A DNA stretch of 64,000 nucleotides, taken from sequence record NC_135729.1; one strand, 5' to 3'. Shown here one piece after another: positions 54,959-64,000 of this stretch. This stretch comes from a phage. The notes under the pieces are model-generated. The model was not told the origin of the DNA. It saw only the letters and a list, made by a program, of their open reading frames with translations, and searched no databases. Both the position numbers and the translations under genes were made by a program. The stretch's first letter is position 1. Each line of letters opens with the position of its first letter.

Positions 54959-55353
54959 TGGTAAGCCTATACCGTGTTGAGTATAGCTCAGATACTGTGT
55001 ACAACGTAAGAAGTAAAGATCGCAGCGACAGAGTGCAAGAAATGTATGTTCTTGCCGACAGTCCGTTATCTGCAGCGTTCAAGGCAGGGGCTCTTGCATC
55101 TCGTTGGAAATTTGAAGGCGGATCTTTCTATGAAGAAACCCTTGAAGATTCTGTTGTTATTTCTTCTGTAGAGGTTTCAGATGACTACGAAGGGAAAAAG
55201 TTCGTAATGCGGCACCCACACAGCAACATTGCGTACTACTGGGATGTTCTGAACAACGAGTGGACCCCAGATCTTCAGAAGGCTACTGTGCTAACACCGT
55301 TTTTGGCAGATAAGTTCCCACCAGAAGGTAATTTATCCGCATTGTTTCAGTGA
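54958..55353 (+). CDS. hypothetical protein, paralog of ORF 52745..53143
   Basis: Shared HP(D/H)S..YW...WTP block. Confidence 0.45.
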   Translation: MVSLYRVEYSSDTVYNVRSKDRSDRVQEMYVLADSPLSAAFKAGALASRWKFEGGSFYEETLEDSVVISSVEVSDDYEGKKFVMRHPHSNIAYYWDVLNNEWTPDLQKATVLTPFLADKFPPEGNLSALFQ

Positions 55354-55433
55354 TTTTCTTGCACACAGGTATTGACAACGCCAACCCTGTGTGCAATAAT
55401 ACACCCATCTTAACAAAACAGGAGATTTTAATA

Positions 55434-55682
55434 ATGAAAATTAAACTTAAGAATATTGATGAGGCCGCTTTAGAAGGTATCGATTTCGATTTCCCATTTA
55501 AAAACGGGGATATCATTGAAGCACAAATTCCTACCCGAGAAATGGTAAATAGTTTTGCAGAAGATGGTGCGGCAACAATGATTATGCTAATTATGGACGG
55601 CACTCTCTTCATTGGGGAAGAGGACGATCCAATCATGATTCCTGGTCATTTTTATGAATTAGTTGACGAAGAGGTGCTGTAA
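55434..55682 (+). CDS. small acidic protein
   Basis: Start at Met MKIKLKNID with AGGAGA SD. Confidence 0.4.
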   Translation: MKIKLKNIDEAALEGIDFDFPFKNGDIIEAQIPTREMVNSFAEDGAATMIMLIMDGTLFIGEEDDPIMIPGHFYELVDEEVL

Positions 55683-56033
55683 ATGAAAGTAGAAATTACC
55701 GGTTTTGATGTGAATGTGGTTCCGGAAGATATTTTAGCTAAACTTCCGGAAGGTTTTGGTAACGGCGTTGTGGTGGATGCTGTTCCTCCTACCAAAGACA
55801 TTCTGCTGCAGTATGGTGTAGCAGAGGAAGATGTCGATAAAGTTCTTACAATGATGGCAATCGATCGTGTTGTCGTTGTTAAGGGTCTCGATAATTTTGA
55901 GAGTGATCCCCTGATTATTCGTGGAGATGACTACAAAATCATCGATAATGAAGGCCAAGAGTTCTATGAACCTTGTGCAGAAGATATTCTTAACTTATTA
56001 CTGGAAGCAGGCACCGAAGAGGAGGACGAATAA
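55683..56033 (+). CDS. small acidic protein
   Basis: 116-aa ORF, start abuts previous stop. Confidence 0.4.
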   Translation: MKVEITGFDVNVVPEDILAKLPEGFGNGVVVDAVPPTKDILLQYGVAEEDVDKVLTMMAIDRVVVVKGLDNFESDPLIIRGDDYKIIDNEGQEFYEPCAEDILNLLLEAGTEEEDE

Positions 56034-56362
56034 TGAAGATTGACCCGTTACTGAAGGCTCGTGCAGAAAAAGCGTACACCATTAAGCTGACCAACCTGGT
56101 TCCTACTTGTCATCCGGATGTAGGTTGGCCCGAAGGTTTGGTGGAGGGAACTGTAACAGCTGCATACCTTCCTAACATCAAATACCTTATGGAAATCTTA
56201 GAGATGGATGAGGAAACTGCAGAACAGTTCCAGTTGGATATGAAACAGAGTGGAACTCTGGTTATTCACGGGTGGTATAATACTAAAGATGCAGAAGACC
56301 CTCTGGTAACTTCTAATCTGGCATATGAAATCTTAGGGCCTTTGAACCTGGAGGAAGACTAA
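56033..56362 (+). CDS. small acidic protein
   Basis: 109-aa ORF, coupled. Confidence 0.4.
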   Translation: MKIDPLLKARAEKAYTIKLTNLVPTCHPDVGWPEGLVEGTVTAAYLPNIKYLMEILEMDEETAEQFQLDMKQSGTLVIHGWYNTKDAEDPLVTSNLAYEILGPLNLEED

Positions 56363-56649
56363 TGAAAGATCTGGTTAAGATTAAGATTAAAGATACCAAT
56401 GGGGAGCTCAGCCATTTTGGAATTAATGATGGTGACGAGCTGATCGCACACCTGCCTACCAAGGAGGTTGTAAGCAAAGCAGTTGCCGGAGAAGAAGCTG
56501 CAATGCAGGCTGCAGGTGTGGATGAAAACTATGTAGCTATGTGCATGTGCCGAGATCAGGTTGTTCTGTATAAAGCGTATCGACCAAACGGAGCCACGGA
56601 GTGGCTTGTATTCCGACCCGAAGGATATGAAATCTTAGAGGCAATATGA
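56362..56649 (+). CDS. small acidic protein
   Basis: 95-aa ORF, coupled. Confidence 0.4.
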   Translation: MKDLVKIKIKDTNGELSHFGINDGDELIAHLPTKEVVSKAVAGEEAAMQAAGVDENYVAMCMCRDQVVLYKAYRPNGATEWLVFRPEGYEILEAI

Positions 56650-56738
56650 TAAATATTGCCAAGGTTGCAACGGCACTGTTAATTATTTGCTGGTCAGTAA
56701 CCTTAACACTGTGTCTTGTATTTCAGTGAGGTGCTTGT

Positions 56739-57002
56739 ATGAACATCCTGATGTGGGTTATAGCAGTGGCGTTTGTTGCATGTTTTTGCTGCTGGGTTGC
56801 GGTGAGGATTTCTGTAGCTACCCTTCGGAAGTTGGGGTTCTCAGAATGGGATATTAATATCCTTTCTTTTCGCAATGAGACAATATCAGCCGCCCTGCTT
56901 TGTAAGAAATTCAAGTGGGAACCTTGTGAGGTCATGAACTATCTAAGAACGGGAGATATCCCTGAAAGATTTAAAAAAGTTCTTGACGGTAAGGATAAAT
57001 GA
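56739..57002 (+). CDS. hypothetical membrane-anchored protein
   Basis: N-terminal hydrophobic helix MNILMWVIAVAFVACFCCWVAV. Confidence 0.4.
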   Translation: MNILMWVIAVAFVACFCCWVAVRISVATLRKLGFSEWDINILSFRNETISAALLCKKFKWEPCEVMNYLRTGDIPERFKKVLDGKDK

Positions 57003-57030
57003 TAGTATAGTGACTAACAAGAGGTGAGGA

Positions 57031-57171
57031 ATGACCGATTTTACTGAAGCTTTAATGATGGCCTTGTCTGTTTTAGCGCTATCGGTGTGTTTTGGGGCGT
57101 TATTCACATCTCTGGTTAAAGTTTTACATACAGTATTATTACCCAAGGAGCGCAGTAATGACGAAGATTGA
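57031..57171 (+). CDS. small hydrophobic peptide (46 aa, below ORF-track cutoff)
   Basis: AAGAGGTGAGGA SD; single predicted transmembrane helix; overlaps next start. Confidence 0.3.
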   Translation: MTDFTEALMMALSVLALSVCFGALFTSLVKVLHTVLLPKERSNDED

Positions 57172-57409
57172 CTTGAATGCTGGCGACCATGTTGTTGTCA
57201 AATGCATCGGAGATTATCTTGGATTCACAATCGGCAATACTTACGAGGCGGTAGTGGCGAAGGTTTATCATGATAAAGTCCTCAGTCTTGTATTTGACTG
57301 TGATGATGACGGAGATGACCGTTACGTCTGTGAGGTGCTGGCTCGTGACGATAGTGAAGACCAGAAATTCCTGGTTATTGAACTGAACGGTATTTTTGTA
57401 GAACGTTAA
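57158..57409 (+). CDS. hypothetical protein
   Basis: Start at Met MTKIDLNAGD with AAGGAG SD. Confidence 0.4.
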   Translation: MTKIDLNAGDHVVVKCIGDYLGFTIGNTYEAVVAKVYHDKVLSLVFDCDDDGDDRYVCEVLARDDSEDQKFLVIELNGIFVER

Positions 57410-57437
57410 TTTAAAACAACATAAGGAGACTCTTACT

Positions 57438-57743
57438 ATGGCTAAATCTAAAGTTGAACTGTTCACCTCTCTTCCTTCTGACACTGCAGAGCGTGATCGC
57501 CTTCGCAAAACAATCGAAGAACTGGTGGAACTCCAACTTCAGATTAAAGATCTGAAAGATGCCATTAAGGATATCATTCTCGTTGAGAAGCAGGATCACC
57601 TGTATTCTCCTAAATTCATCAAATCTCTGGTTGCTACCGAGTTTGATATTCGCTATGAGGCTGAAAAGCGTCGAGCTAAAATCGAAGAAGAGGTTGAGCA
57701 CATGTCCGAGGCAGACATTCTGTTCAAACGCTCTGTAGAATAA
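57438..57743 (+). CDS. hypothetical coiled-coil protein
   Basis: 101-aa charged helical ORF. Confidence 0.4.
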   Translation: MAKSKVELFTSLPSDTAERDRLRKTIEELVELQLQIKDLKDAIKDIILVEKQDHLYSPKFIKSLVATEFDIRYEAEKRRAKIEEEVEHMSEADILFKRSVE

Positions 57744-57750
57744 TGACAAA

Positions 57751-57779
57751 GAGGGGGGGCTTGGGCCCCTCTTTTTACT
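57751..57779 (+). terminator. intrinsic terminator
   Basis: AGAGGGGGGGC-ttg-GGCCCCTCT followed by TTTTT. Confidence 0.6.
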
Positions 57780-57799
57780 ATCTATGGAGGAGATTTGAG

Positions 57800-58132
57800 A
57801 TGGGTATACCGATCACTGTAAAAGAATTGAATGAACGTGATGCAGGTGGTCTATGGCCTGCACGAAAAATACGCTGCATCCGTATGAAAGAGAACCTTGA
57901 GCATCTTGAGCAACAGAAACGGATTGAGGTTGGCGATATTTTCGAAGTATTTTATTCTGATCGCCGTAACTGGGAAACCATTCAACCTTCCGGTTTTGTT
58001 CTTGCTAAGCTTGACACTGGAGAAGCGATTGTTCCTGGGTTGGATATTGTCTTCGAAATTATACAGGAGTGGGATCCGGACAAGATTAGATACGAAGAGC
58101 TATTCGGTGAAGGTATTATCAAACCTGTGTGA
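57800..58132 (+). CDS. hypothetical protein
   Basis: Track ORF start lies in terminator; start moved to Met MGIPITV with GGAGGAG SD. Confidence 0.4.
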   Translation: MGIPITVKELNERDAGGLWPARKIRCIRMKENLEHLEQQKRIEVGDIFEVFYSDRRNWETIQPSGFVLAKLDTGEAIVPGLDIVFEIIQEWDPDKIRYEELFGEGIIKPV

Positions 58133-58140
58133 GGTGGATT

Positions 58141-58440
58141 ATGTCTACAAAGGCGGCTAAATACTCCTATATGCCATCAACCTCTGCAGAGGTAGACTTT
58201 AGTTTCGATGTGTTTCCACTGTTTGAGGTGGTTCTGGCATACCCAACAATACTATCTACTCCTGAATCACTTGTGCCTGTTAAGTTGCAGAACGCTATGC
58301 ATTCCATGCACTACAACAACAAATGTAGGCACAGATGGTGTCAGGACGAGGAAAAAGATTTGGATAGTTTGAGAGATTTTGACAGTCACCTTTTGACACC
58401 TTTCAGCTACTCCAACCTTGATAAGCCCTCGTGGGTATAG
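58141..58440 (+). CDS. hypothetical protein
   Basis: Start at Met MSTKAAK with GAGGTGG SD. Confidence 0.35.
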   Translation: MSTKAAKYSYMPSTSAEVDFSFDVFPLFEVVLAYPTILSTPESLVPVKLQNAMHSMHYNNKCRHRWCQDEEKDLDSLRDFDSHLLTPFSYSNLDKPSWV

Positions 58441-59133
58441 CAAAATATCAAATTTAAGACACCTAGGACGCTCTGTGGCGTCCTTTTCTTTATCTGGTGC
58501 ACGATTGCATACCTTGGGTAGTTAATCTCATTACAGAGCGTTTAAGAGCTCCCTACAAACAACTCCATATTTCGAGCGTAGCGAGAACGCACGTCCGTTT
58601 TGACCCAAATCACCATACGCTCGGATTTTAACCAAACCCTCGCGGCGTTTCTGTTGACACATTGCCGCTCCAGTGATAGTATCCACACATCGTTTGGAGA
58701 ATATGGAATACACAATGAAAACATTGTCAGAGGTTTTGGTGGTGATCCTGATGATCATTACGTCCATAGTGGCTGTTGCCGGAATACTCACGGGTGGAAC
58801 ATGATAAACACACATGCATCTGAAGAGACATCCAAAGGAGTGACTATATGTCCCTTGACTGAGCCAGTGCAAGAGGAAAACTTCGATTCTGAAGATTCTC
58901 CATCTTCGCTCCAGGTAGACCCTGAGGCTGATGACCTAACGTGGGAAGACATCGTAGATATCTGGTTCTCTATTATGCCTGAGCACGAAGAGTTCAGAGG
59001 TGGTAGACTATGAAGCACCGAGCCCACACAGGTTCCTCATGCTAAAGCATGGCCTGAAGAGGCAAACGTGCATAATTCCAGTGCATTGGAACATATAAAC
59101 CCTGTTCACATTCTCATTTCCAGAGGAGATTTC

Positions 59134-59349
59134 ATGAAGATAGAAATATTTGGTGGAGCTGACAACACTCGTGGCCTGATTTACCTTGAATTCGATGAAT
59201 CATACCTGCCAGAGGTGTTAAATATAGACTCTGTTGCTGAGGCTTTGGGAGTAAGTCCTAAAGATCTCTACTCTGGTGCTGAGATTGATGGTTGGGAGGA
59301 GACCATGAACATTGATTTCAGTGAAGTAGGTGATGAACCACTGGACTGA
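59134..59349 (+). CDS. hypothetical small acidic protein
   Basis: Start at Met MKIEIFGG with AGAGGAGA SD. Confidence 0.35.
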   Translation: MKIEIFGGADNTRGLIYLEFDESYLPEVLNIDSVAEALGVSPKDLYSGAEIDGWEETMNIDFSEVGDEPLD

Positions 59350-60192
59350 CACACAATTAGCTACCCGGCTAAAGTGCTGGGAGCACCTATAACACATCTT
59401 TCAACTAAATTTCCTACCACCACAATCACTTACCTCCCACACATGACTGTTTGCTTGTTTAGTGAGCAGTCATGCCTTGACATTCTTGCCTATCCTGATA
59501 AAATTAAGTTCTTCTCTTTTCTTTTACCGAGTAATTCGGGTTTTCTGTTCTCTTCGGTTTGAAGGGGTATAGAGATACACCTGAGTGAACAGGGTGAACA
59601 ACCGAACCATTAGCTATGGCATTAGCATGGCGAAGCGGACGGGTGACGAAAGAGGGGCCGGAGGACACCAGTCACTGCCATATGATATATGGGTGATAAC
59701 CTGAAGAGTCTGAATAAGTGTTTAAGTACCAGTCAGAGGAAAAGGTGAATGGTAGCCGAAGGGGGGAGGGGGGTTTCTTGTATCTTTAATTTGTATATTA
59801 TGTATACACTTGTAAACCAATCTAATCTGAATCTGTTTACCACGCAAAGCGGATAGAGACAAATATTGCCTATTAAACTTGAATTATTTATAGAAAATAC
59901 CACAACACCCCTTAAGTCTTTGATTTTACACACAAATCCTACAGATATTCAACCTCCATATTTAACATACTTGTAACATATTCCATACTCTACCTGTCTG
60001 ATCAACTCACCCAACTACATCCTCCATATTTCCCCTGTCTGTACTACCCCTGCCCCGCCTGGAGTCCCGTCATATCTGGCTTTCCAGCAAATATCCCACC
60101 CACAAATATCATTGCCTGAAGAGGGTTTCCTCCCATAATACATGCCTTACCTGAAGAGCGCTTCATATACCCCGTAAATTTTTTAATTGACA

Positions 60193-60225
60193 CCCTCCCC
60201 GCCGCCGGAGGGGGTTGGCTTTTCC
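60193..60225 (+). terminator. GC-rich hairpin, terminator-like
   Basis: CCCTCCCCGCCGCCGGAGGGGG followed by TTGGCTTTTCC. Confidence 0.35.
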
Positions 60226-60882
60226 CACACAGACCTGAAGAGCCAGCCAGAAATATCTGAACAGGTCCAGTTATACCACGATTTTGACCTGACCGACAGG
60301 AGTGCTGCCAGGCGGACGAAATGGGAATACTTCTCATTCTTATAACAATTCTCAAATATCGAGGCAGTGAGGCAAATTAATAGGTGAGGCCGTTCACATA
60401 GTGGCACAACATTTGCAATCTATTTTGTGTGGGGAATGAGAATACATATCATTGTGAGAACCATTATCATTACGGGCAATTTAACATAATACCCATTATG
60501 CGCACCACTGGCGATCCATACAGGGATTGATAACATGAGTTACTGTTTACACACATAACAATTATATTTCTTACTATTTGTGTGGGATATAGTTAGCAGC
60601 CGATAGATTAGATATTGACCTGTGGACTTCCAACAGTCTAGACGTCTAAGCGCCCACACAACAAGGCTTATACATACACAACTGAATGTAAACAGGGCCG
60701 CAAAAATGCTACCATACCAGCTTGTAAATTTTTCATACAGCACTTGACAAAGAGGAGAAAAACTTGTCTGACACTTTAGACACCTTTGACACACTGGGCA
60801 TACTAAACACTGGATATAATAACAATTGTTACTATTGCATGCCTCACTGTTCACGTATAGACTATTTGCTCAAAAATTATAA

Positions 60883-61171
60883 GCCATGCCATTCGTTTGC
60901 ATGATAACGATTAGCAAGTTAATAATCTTTCACTGGCTATGCCAGGTGACCTTTGGTCACCCCTTCGGGTGTTTCTATGACATAATATAAAAGCAGGGCA
61001 ACTATTAGAAGATCTATAGTTGCCTTGCTTGTTATGTCATGATTAACTAAATACAAGGCAACTATGATCTGATTAATAGTTTGCAGGCAAACTATCACGG
61101 GGGTGATGGTTACTGCTTTTATATTATGTCGCGACTCCGTCGCGCCATGCCATTCGTTTGCATAGTTGCCT
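60883..61171. repeat. repeat cluster: 20-bp direct repeats flanking nested inverted repeats and multiple GGCAACTAT/ATAGTTGCC 9-mers
   Basis: GCCATGCCATTCGTTTGCAT at about 60883 and 61144; palindromes GGTGACC-TTT-GGTCACC and GGCAACTAT...ATAGTTGCC; 9-mer in both orientations at least five times. Confidence 0.6.
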
Positions 61172-61779
61172 TATTGTTACAGGTAAAATAATCACATTAT
61201 TAATTATTTCTTATCTTTCTCTTAGTCATCTAATGATTCCAGTCAGTATAGTAATGTACAGTAGACATTAGACGACTAAAGATTTCTCTGTTTATGATAA
61301 CTCATCGTGATAATTTCGGACTGTTTACGAAAAATGTTGACACCTGAGCTGATTTATGTTATGCAGTTTACACGAATAATTATTTTATGCAGGTATTGAC
61401 TATTCCGTTATTCTGTGGTTGGAATAAATACTTTGCAGGCTATAGAATGGCGTGCGTACGTGAATTCTTAGATCTGGCGGCTATAGTTATACTCGATTTT
61501 TCGCGTAGGACACGCTTTCTATGTTGTGTAAGTGTATGACTTATAAAGATTTTTAGTTGTTGACAAGATATTGGAGATGTGCATCAGGTTAAAATTTGTG
61601 CAATAGCGGCATTACGTGCACTTTTGGGAGAGAAAACGGGTAAAAATGGCCCTGCTACCACACAGTGAAAGATTATGCAATAGTTATTTTATATGTATAT
61701 TTGTACAGTGTGTGGGATTAATGGCTAGTCAATTATTCCACTTGCCGGGTAGGGCCGTTTATGGTAGGAGAAGAGCAGA

Positions 61780-61806
61780 CAAAAAGAAAGGGGCCTTTAA
61801 GCCCCT
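61780..61806 (-). terminator. intrinsic terminator for leftward genes
   Basis: GGGGC-ttaaag-GCCCC followed by TTTCTTTTTG on minus strand. Confidence 0.5.
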
Positions 61807-61825
61807 TGATAATTCAGTTAAGAAA

Positions 61826-62245
61826 TTATAATGATTCGTATATTTCAAAAATCCGATTTGCCAGGTCGTTACGGTAGCGGAATTTTTCATCACGTTTGAT
61901 CATCAGATCTTTAAAGCCGTATTCTTTAAGCACTTCATTAACTTTATGGCGGCACACCTTCATATTGTCCTGAGCGTCACCAATAAACCTGTTGCTATGG
62001 TGCATGGCTTTAATTTCTTCTTCCAGGACCAGGGCAACTATGCGGACCGGATCAAGCTGATAGGCGGTAACATCAATGCGGCATTGTAAACGGCTTTTTA
62101 CGTCTGCCACCGGATATACTGCAACCTCTTCCCCGTCAACATTGACAATAATTAGTTTACCATCGATTTCGAATCCTTTCGCCGCCGGACCGTGACAAAA
62201 AGCGTTATCAAAGCTATATGCCGGATTATCAGATTTAATGTTCAT
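61826..62245 (-). CDS. hypothetical protein
   Basis: 139-aa ORF with AAGAGGT SD. Confidence 0.45.
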   Translation of the reverse strand: MNIKSDNPAYSFDNAFCHGPAAKGFEIDGKLIIVNVDGEEVAVYPVADVKSRLQCRIDVTAYQLDPVRIVALVLEEEIKAMHHSNRFIGDAQDNMKVCRHKVNEVLKEYGFKDLMIKRDEKFRYRNDLANRIFEIYESL

Positions 62246-62389
62246 GGTGTTTTTACCTCTTAGTTAATTTTCTTACAACTTCCCTTCAAAAAAGAATATA
62301 GCAAAACTGCCGATCCCTGTCAACAAGGGATAGCATAATTTTTATGTGATCAAGGGGCTTTATTGCCCCTGACCATGTAACTTGTTGTA

Positions 62390-62653
62390 TTATTTGTTGC
62401 TCATCCAGTTTTCCCAAGCTGCCTGATAATCTGCCTCACTACGGCGGATCTCTTCTTGTTCTTCAAGCCGGATCTCTTCTTCCAGGTACCCCAAGATGTC
62501 AGCCTTTTTAGTCTGGCGTAACATCCAATCGTCTTTTTTGCGAGTAAAGATCTTGTACGCTTTCTCGCAAACTTCTTTTTTGCTACCTTTTTGGACTTCA
62601 AGAATTCTGTAAGCCATGTACTGAACTAGTTTGAGCTGGTCAAGACGTTTCAT
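62390..62653 (-). CDS. hypothetical protein
   Basis: Start at internal Met MKRLDQL with AGAGGA SD. Confidence 0.4.
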   Translation of the reverse strand: MKRLDQLKLVQYMAYRILEVQKGSKKEVCEKAYKIFTRKKDDWMLRQTKKADILGYLEEEIRLEEQEEIRRSEADYQAAWENWMSNK

Positions 62654-62714
62654 GATGTTTTCCTCTTTATGTGGTCCTGGTTTAGTGGGCCTTTTGGCCC
62701 GTGTCATTATCTTA

Positions 62715-62987
62715 TTACTTACGGCGGCAGAATTCAAGCGTTTTTAATTGATAATCTTCCTCAGCCTGGAGTACAACCGCCTCGATCATTTCGTTGGCAT
62801 TGTTGAAGCCATACCCTTTAGCGAACTCGTCCGCACCACCTTCGTGATCATGTTCTGCGTTCATCGCTTCCACAAAATGGAATTCAAGATTATTGAGGTA
62901 AGGGCTTGATGTTCCGTCCTCTTTTTCGATGAGATCCCATATAGCATTAAAACGTGATTCGACCTCTTGATTAATCCAGCTTGACAT
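62715..62987 (-). CDS. hypothetical acidic protein
   Basis: Start at internal Met MSSWINQ with GAGGAA SD. Confidence 0.4.
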   Translation of the reverse strand: MSSWINQEVESRFNAIWDLIEKEDGTSSPYLNNLEFHFVEAMNAEHDHEGGADEFAKGYGFNNANEMIEAVVLQAEEDYQLKTLEFCRRK

Positions 62988-63202
62988 GATGTTTTCCTCT
63001 CTTCTGGTTGTTGTGTGGGGCAAACGTCTTGCCCCTTCAAGATAAATGTTACCCCACCCCATGGCAGATGTCAACGGTTTTTATAGTTCTTATATGACAG
63101 GCAGGCCCGGTGATTGTCTCCCCCCGTCGCCAGGTGCCTGCCGTGGAATAAGTATAACAAAAAACAGGACCATTGCAAGCCCTGTTTTGTAGTTTATAAA
63201 TA

Positions 63203-63394
63203 TTATATTTTTTCGCCTATGTAGTCCGGTCGGTTTTTCTCTGTCATGCGCTTTAGCAATTCTTGCATGTTACTTATGGCTTGTAGTGTATCCTCTTCCA
63301 GGCTTGAATCAACATAATCAGGATCGTCTATGACCTTTCTATGATTATGATAACGCAGTACCGCTAATACCTTTCTAACTTGTTCGATATTCAT
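63203..63394 (-). CDS. hypothetical protein
   Basis: 63-aa ORF. Confidence 0.3.
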   Translation of the reverse strand: MNIEQVRKVLAVLRYHNHRKVIDDPDYVDSSLEEDTLQAISNMQELLKRMTEKNRPDYIGEKI

Positions 63395-63543
63395 TTTTAT
63401 CGCTCTTTAAAACAAGGTGCCAACCGTTTCCAATAGATCACTGACTATCAGGACAACACTGATCAGCACATACCTAACCATAAGGGGAAAGAGCGCCAGT
63501 ATTGCTACCACAATCCCCAAGGTGATGGTTATCTTTCTCATGG

Positions 63544-63828
63544 TTAACGGTTTACGTAAGCTTTACCGTTTACGGTGATGGGTAGATCTTCCAGATCTGG
63601 ATCTTCCTTAAGGTCGCGAGCAAGCTCACCGCACCGGATACCCTCGAATCCGTAGTACTCTGTCGTGCCGTCCTGGAAAGTTTTAGCGGCAAGGCATAAG
63701 CGATAAGTAACCCCGATTTGATTGACGGCATGAATATCCGTTAGATTAACCTCTTTTGCCAGCTCTTTAGCCATTACAGGCGCATTAAGTCCAACAACCA
63801 GGGCAACCACTGCGATCATCTTTTTCAT
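63544..63828 (-). CDS. hypothetical secreted protein
   Basis: N-terminal signal-peptide-like MKKMIAVVALVVGLNAPVMA; AGAGGA SD. Confidence 0.45.
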   Translation of the reverse strand: MKKMIAVVALVVGLNAPVMAKELAKEVNLTDIHAVNQIGVTYRLCLAAKTFQDGTTEYYGFEGIRCGELARDLKEDPDLEDLPITVNGKAYVNR

Positions 63829-64000
63829 TGTGTCTATCCTCTTTCTGCTACGTTTAAGGCGGCGGTAACCGCCTGTTTATGCTTTGTTGGTTAATTTTCG
63901 GGTATCGGTATAAATTAAACTATGCTGTACGCTCAACTATAACAACGGTTTGGGGGATCTCACCTTCCACCACTAATAAGGCCTTTTTCTGCGTGATGGA

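Noticed and set aside
60044-60407. Two overlapping minus-strand ORFs (103 and 74 aa) in the 2.4-kb gene-free zone
   Set aside because: Translations are Gly/Pro/Ser/Arg low-complexity, reflecting the C-rich plus strand; no start signals.
1-64000. Integrase, excisionase, CI-like repressor or other lysogeny module
   Set aside because: No ORF in the window shows integrase or recombinase motifs or a repressor/Cro-like divergent pair; the window is consistent with a virulent phage.

Overview
This window looks like part of a virulent tailed-phage genome with a contractile (myovirus-type) tail and a Gram-negative, probably enterobacterial, host. All calls come from reading the ORF translations and the DNA by eye; no searches were run, and coordinates of RNA and regulatory features are approximate (a few nt). 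Layout: (1) 1-16.3 kb, minus strand, late morphogenesis operon: large terminase, portal, putative protease, scaffold, decoration and major capsid proteins, five neck/tail-completion ORFs, tail sheath, tail tube, two tail-chaperone ORFs, tape measure and distal tail proteins, plus a separated i-/o-spanin pair. (2) 16.7-17.6 kb, minus strand: six canonical tRNAs (Pro, Met/CAT, Thr, Ser, Tyr, Arg) and one aberrant tRNA-like element, with their own sigma70-like promoter and terminator. (3) 17.6-21.5 kb: small minus-strand genes, two GC-rich non-coding islands, and an array of four palindromic 22-bp repeats beside an AT-rich tract. (4) 20.5-24.3 kb: a divergent RNA-repair-like island (metallophosphoesterase and P-loop kinase facing a ligase-like gene, a Sir2-like NAD enzyme and a MazG-like ORF). 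(5) 24-47 kb, plus strand: DNA ligase, lambda-R-like endolysin, nucleases and resolvases, two N6-adenine methyltransferases, dNMP kinase, ThyX-like protein, nrdA/nrdB/glutaredoxin/nrdD/nrdG interrupted by a homing-endonuclease-like gene, PhoH and a ClpP-like protease. (6) 48-59 kb: about 35 small, mostly translationally coupled plus-strand ORFs, including a tandem paralogous family of small acidic proteins and a ribosome-hibernation-factor (HPF/RaiA) homologue. (7) 59.4-61.8 kb: a 2.4-kb non-coding zone between convergent gene blocks, rich in direct and inverted repeats. (8) 61.8-64 kb: small minus-strand ORFs. No integrase or repressor module was seen. The most interesting candidates are the RNA-repair/Sir2 island beside the tRNA cluster, the phage-encoded HPF homologue, the repeat-rich non-coding regions, and the small-protein paralog expansion.
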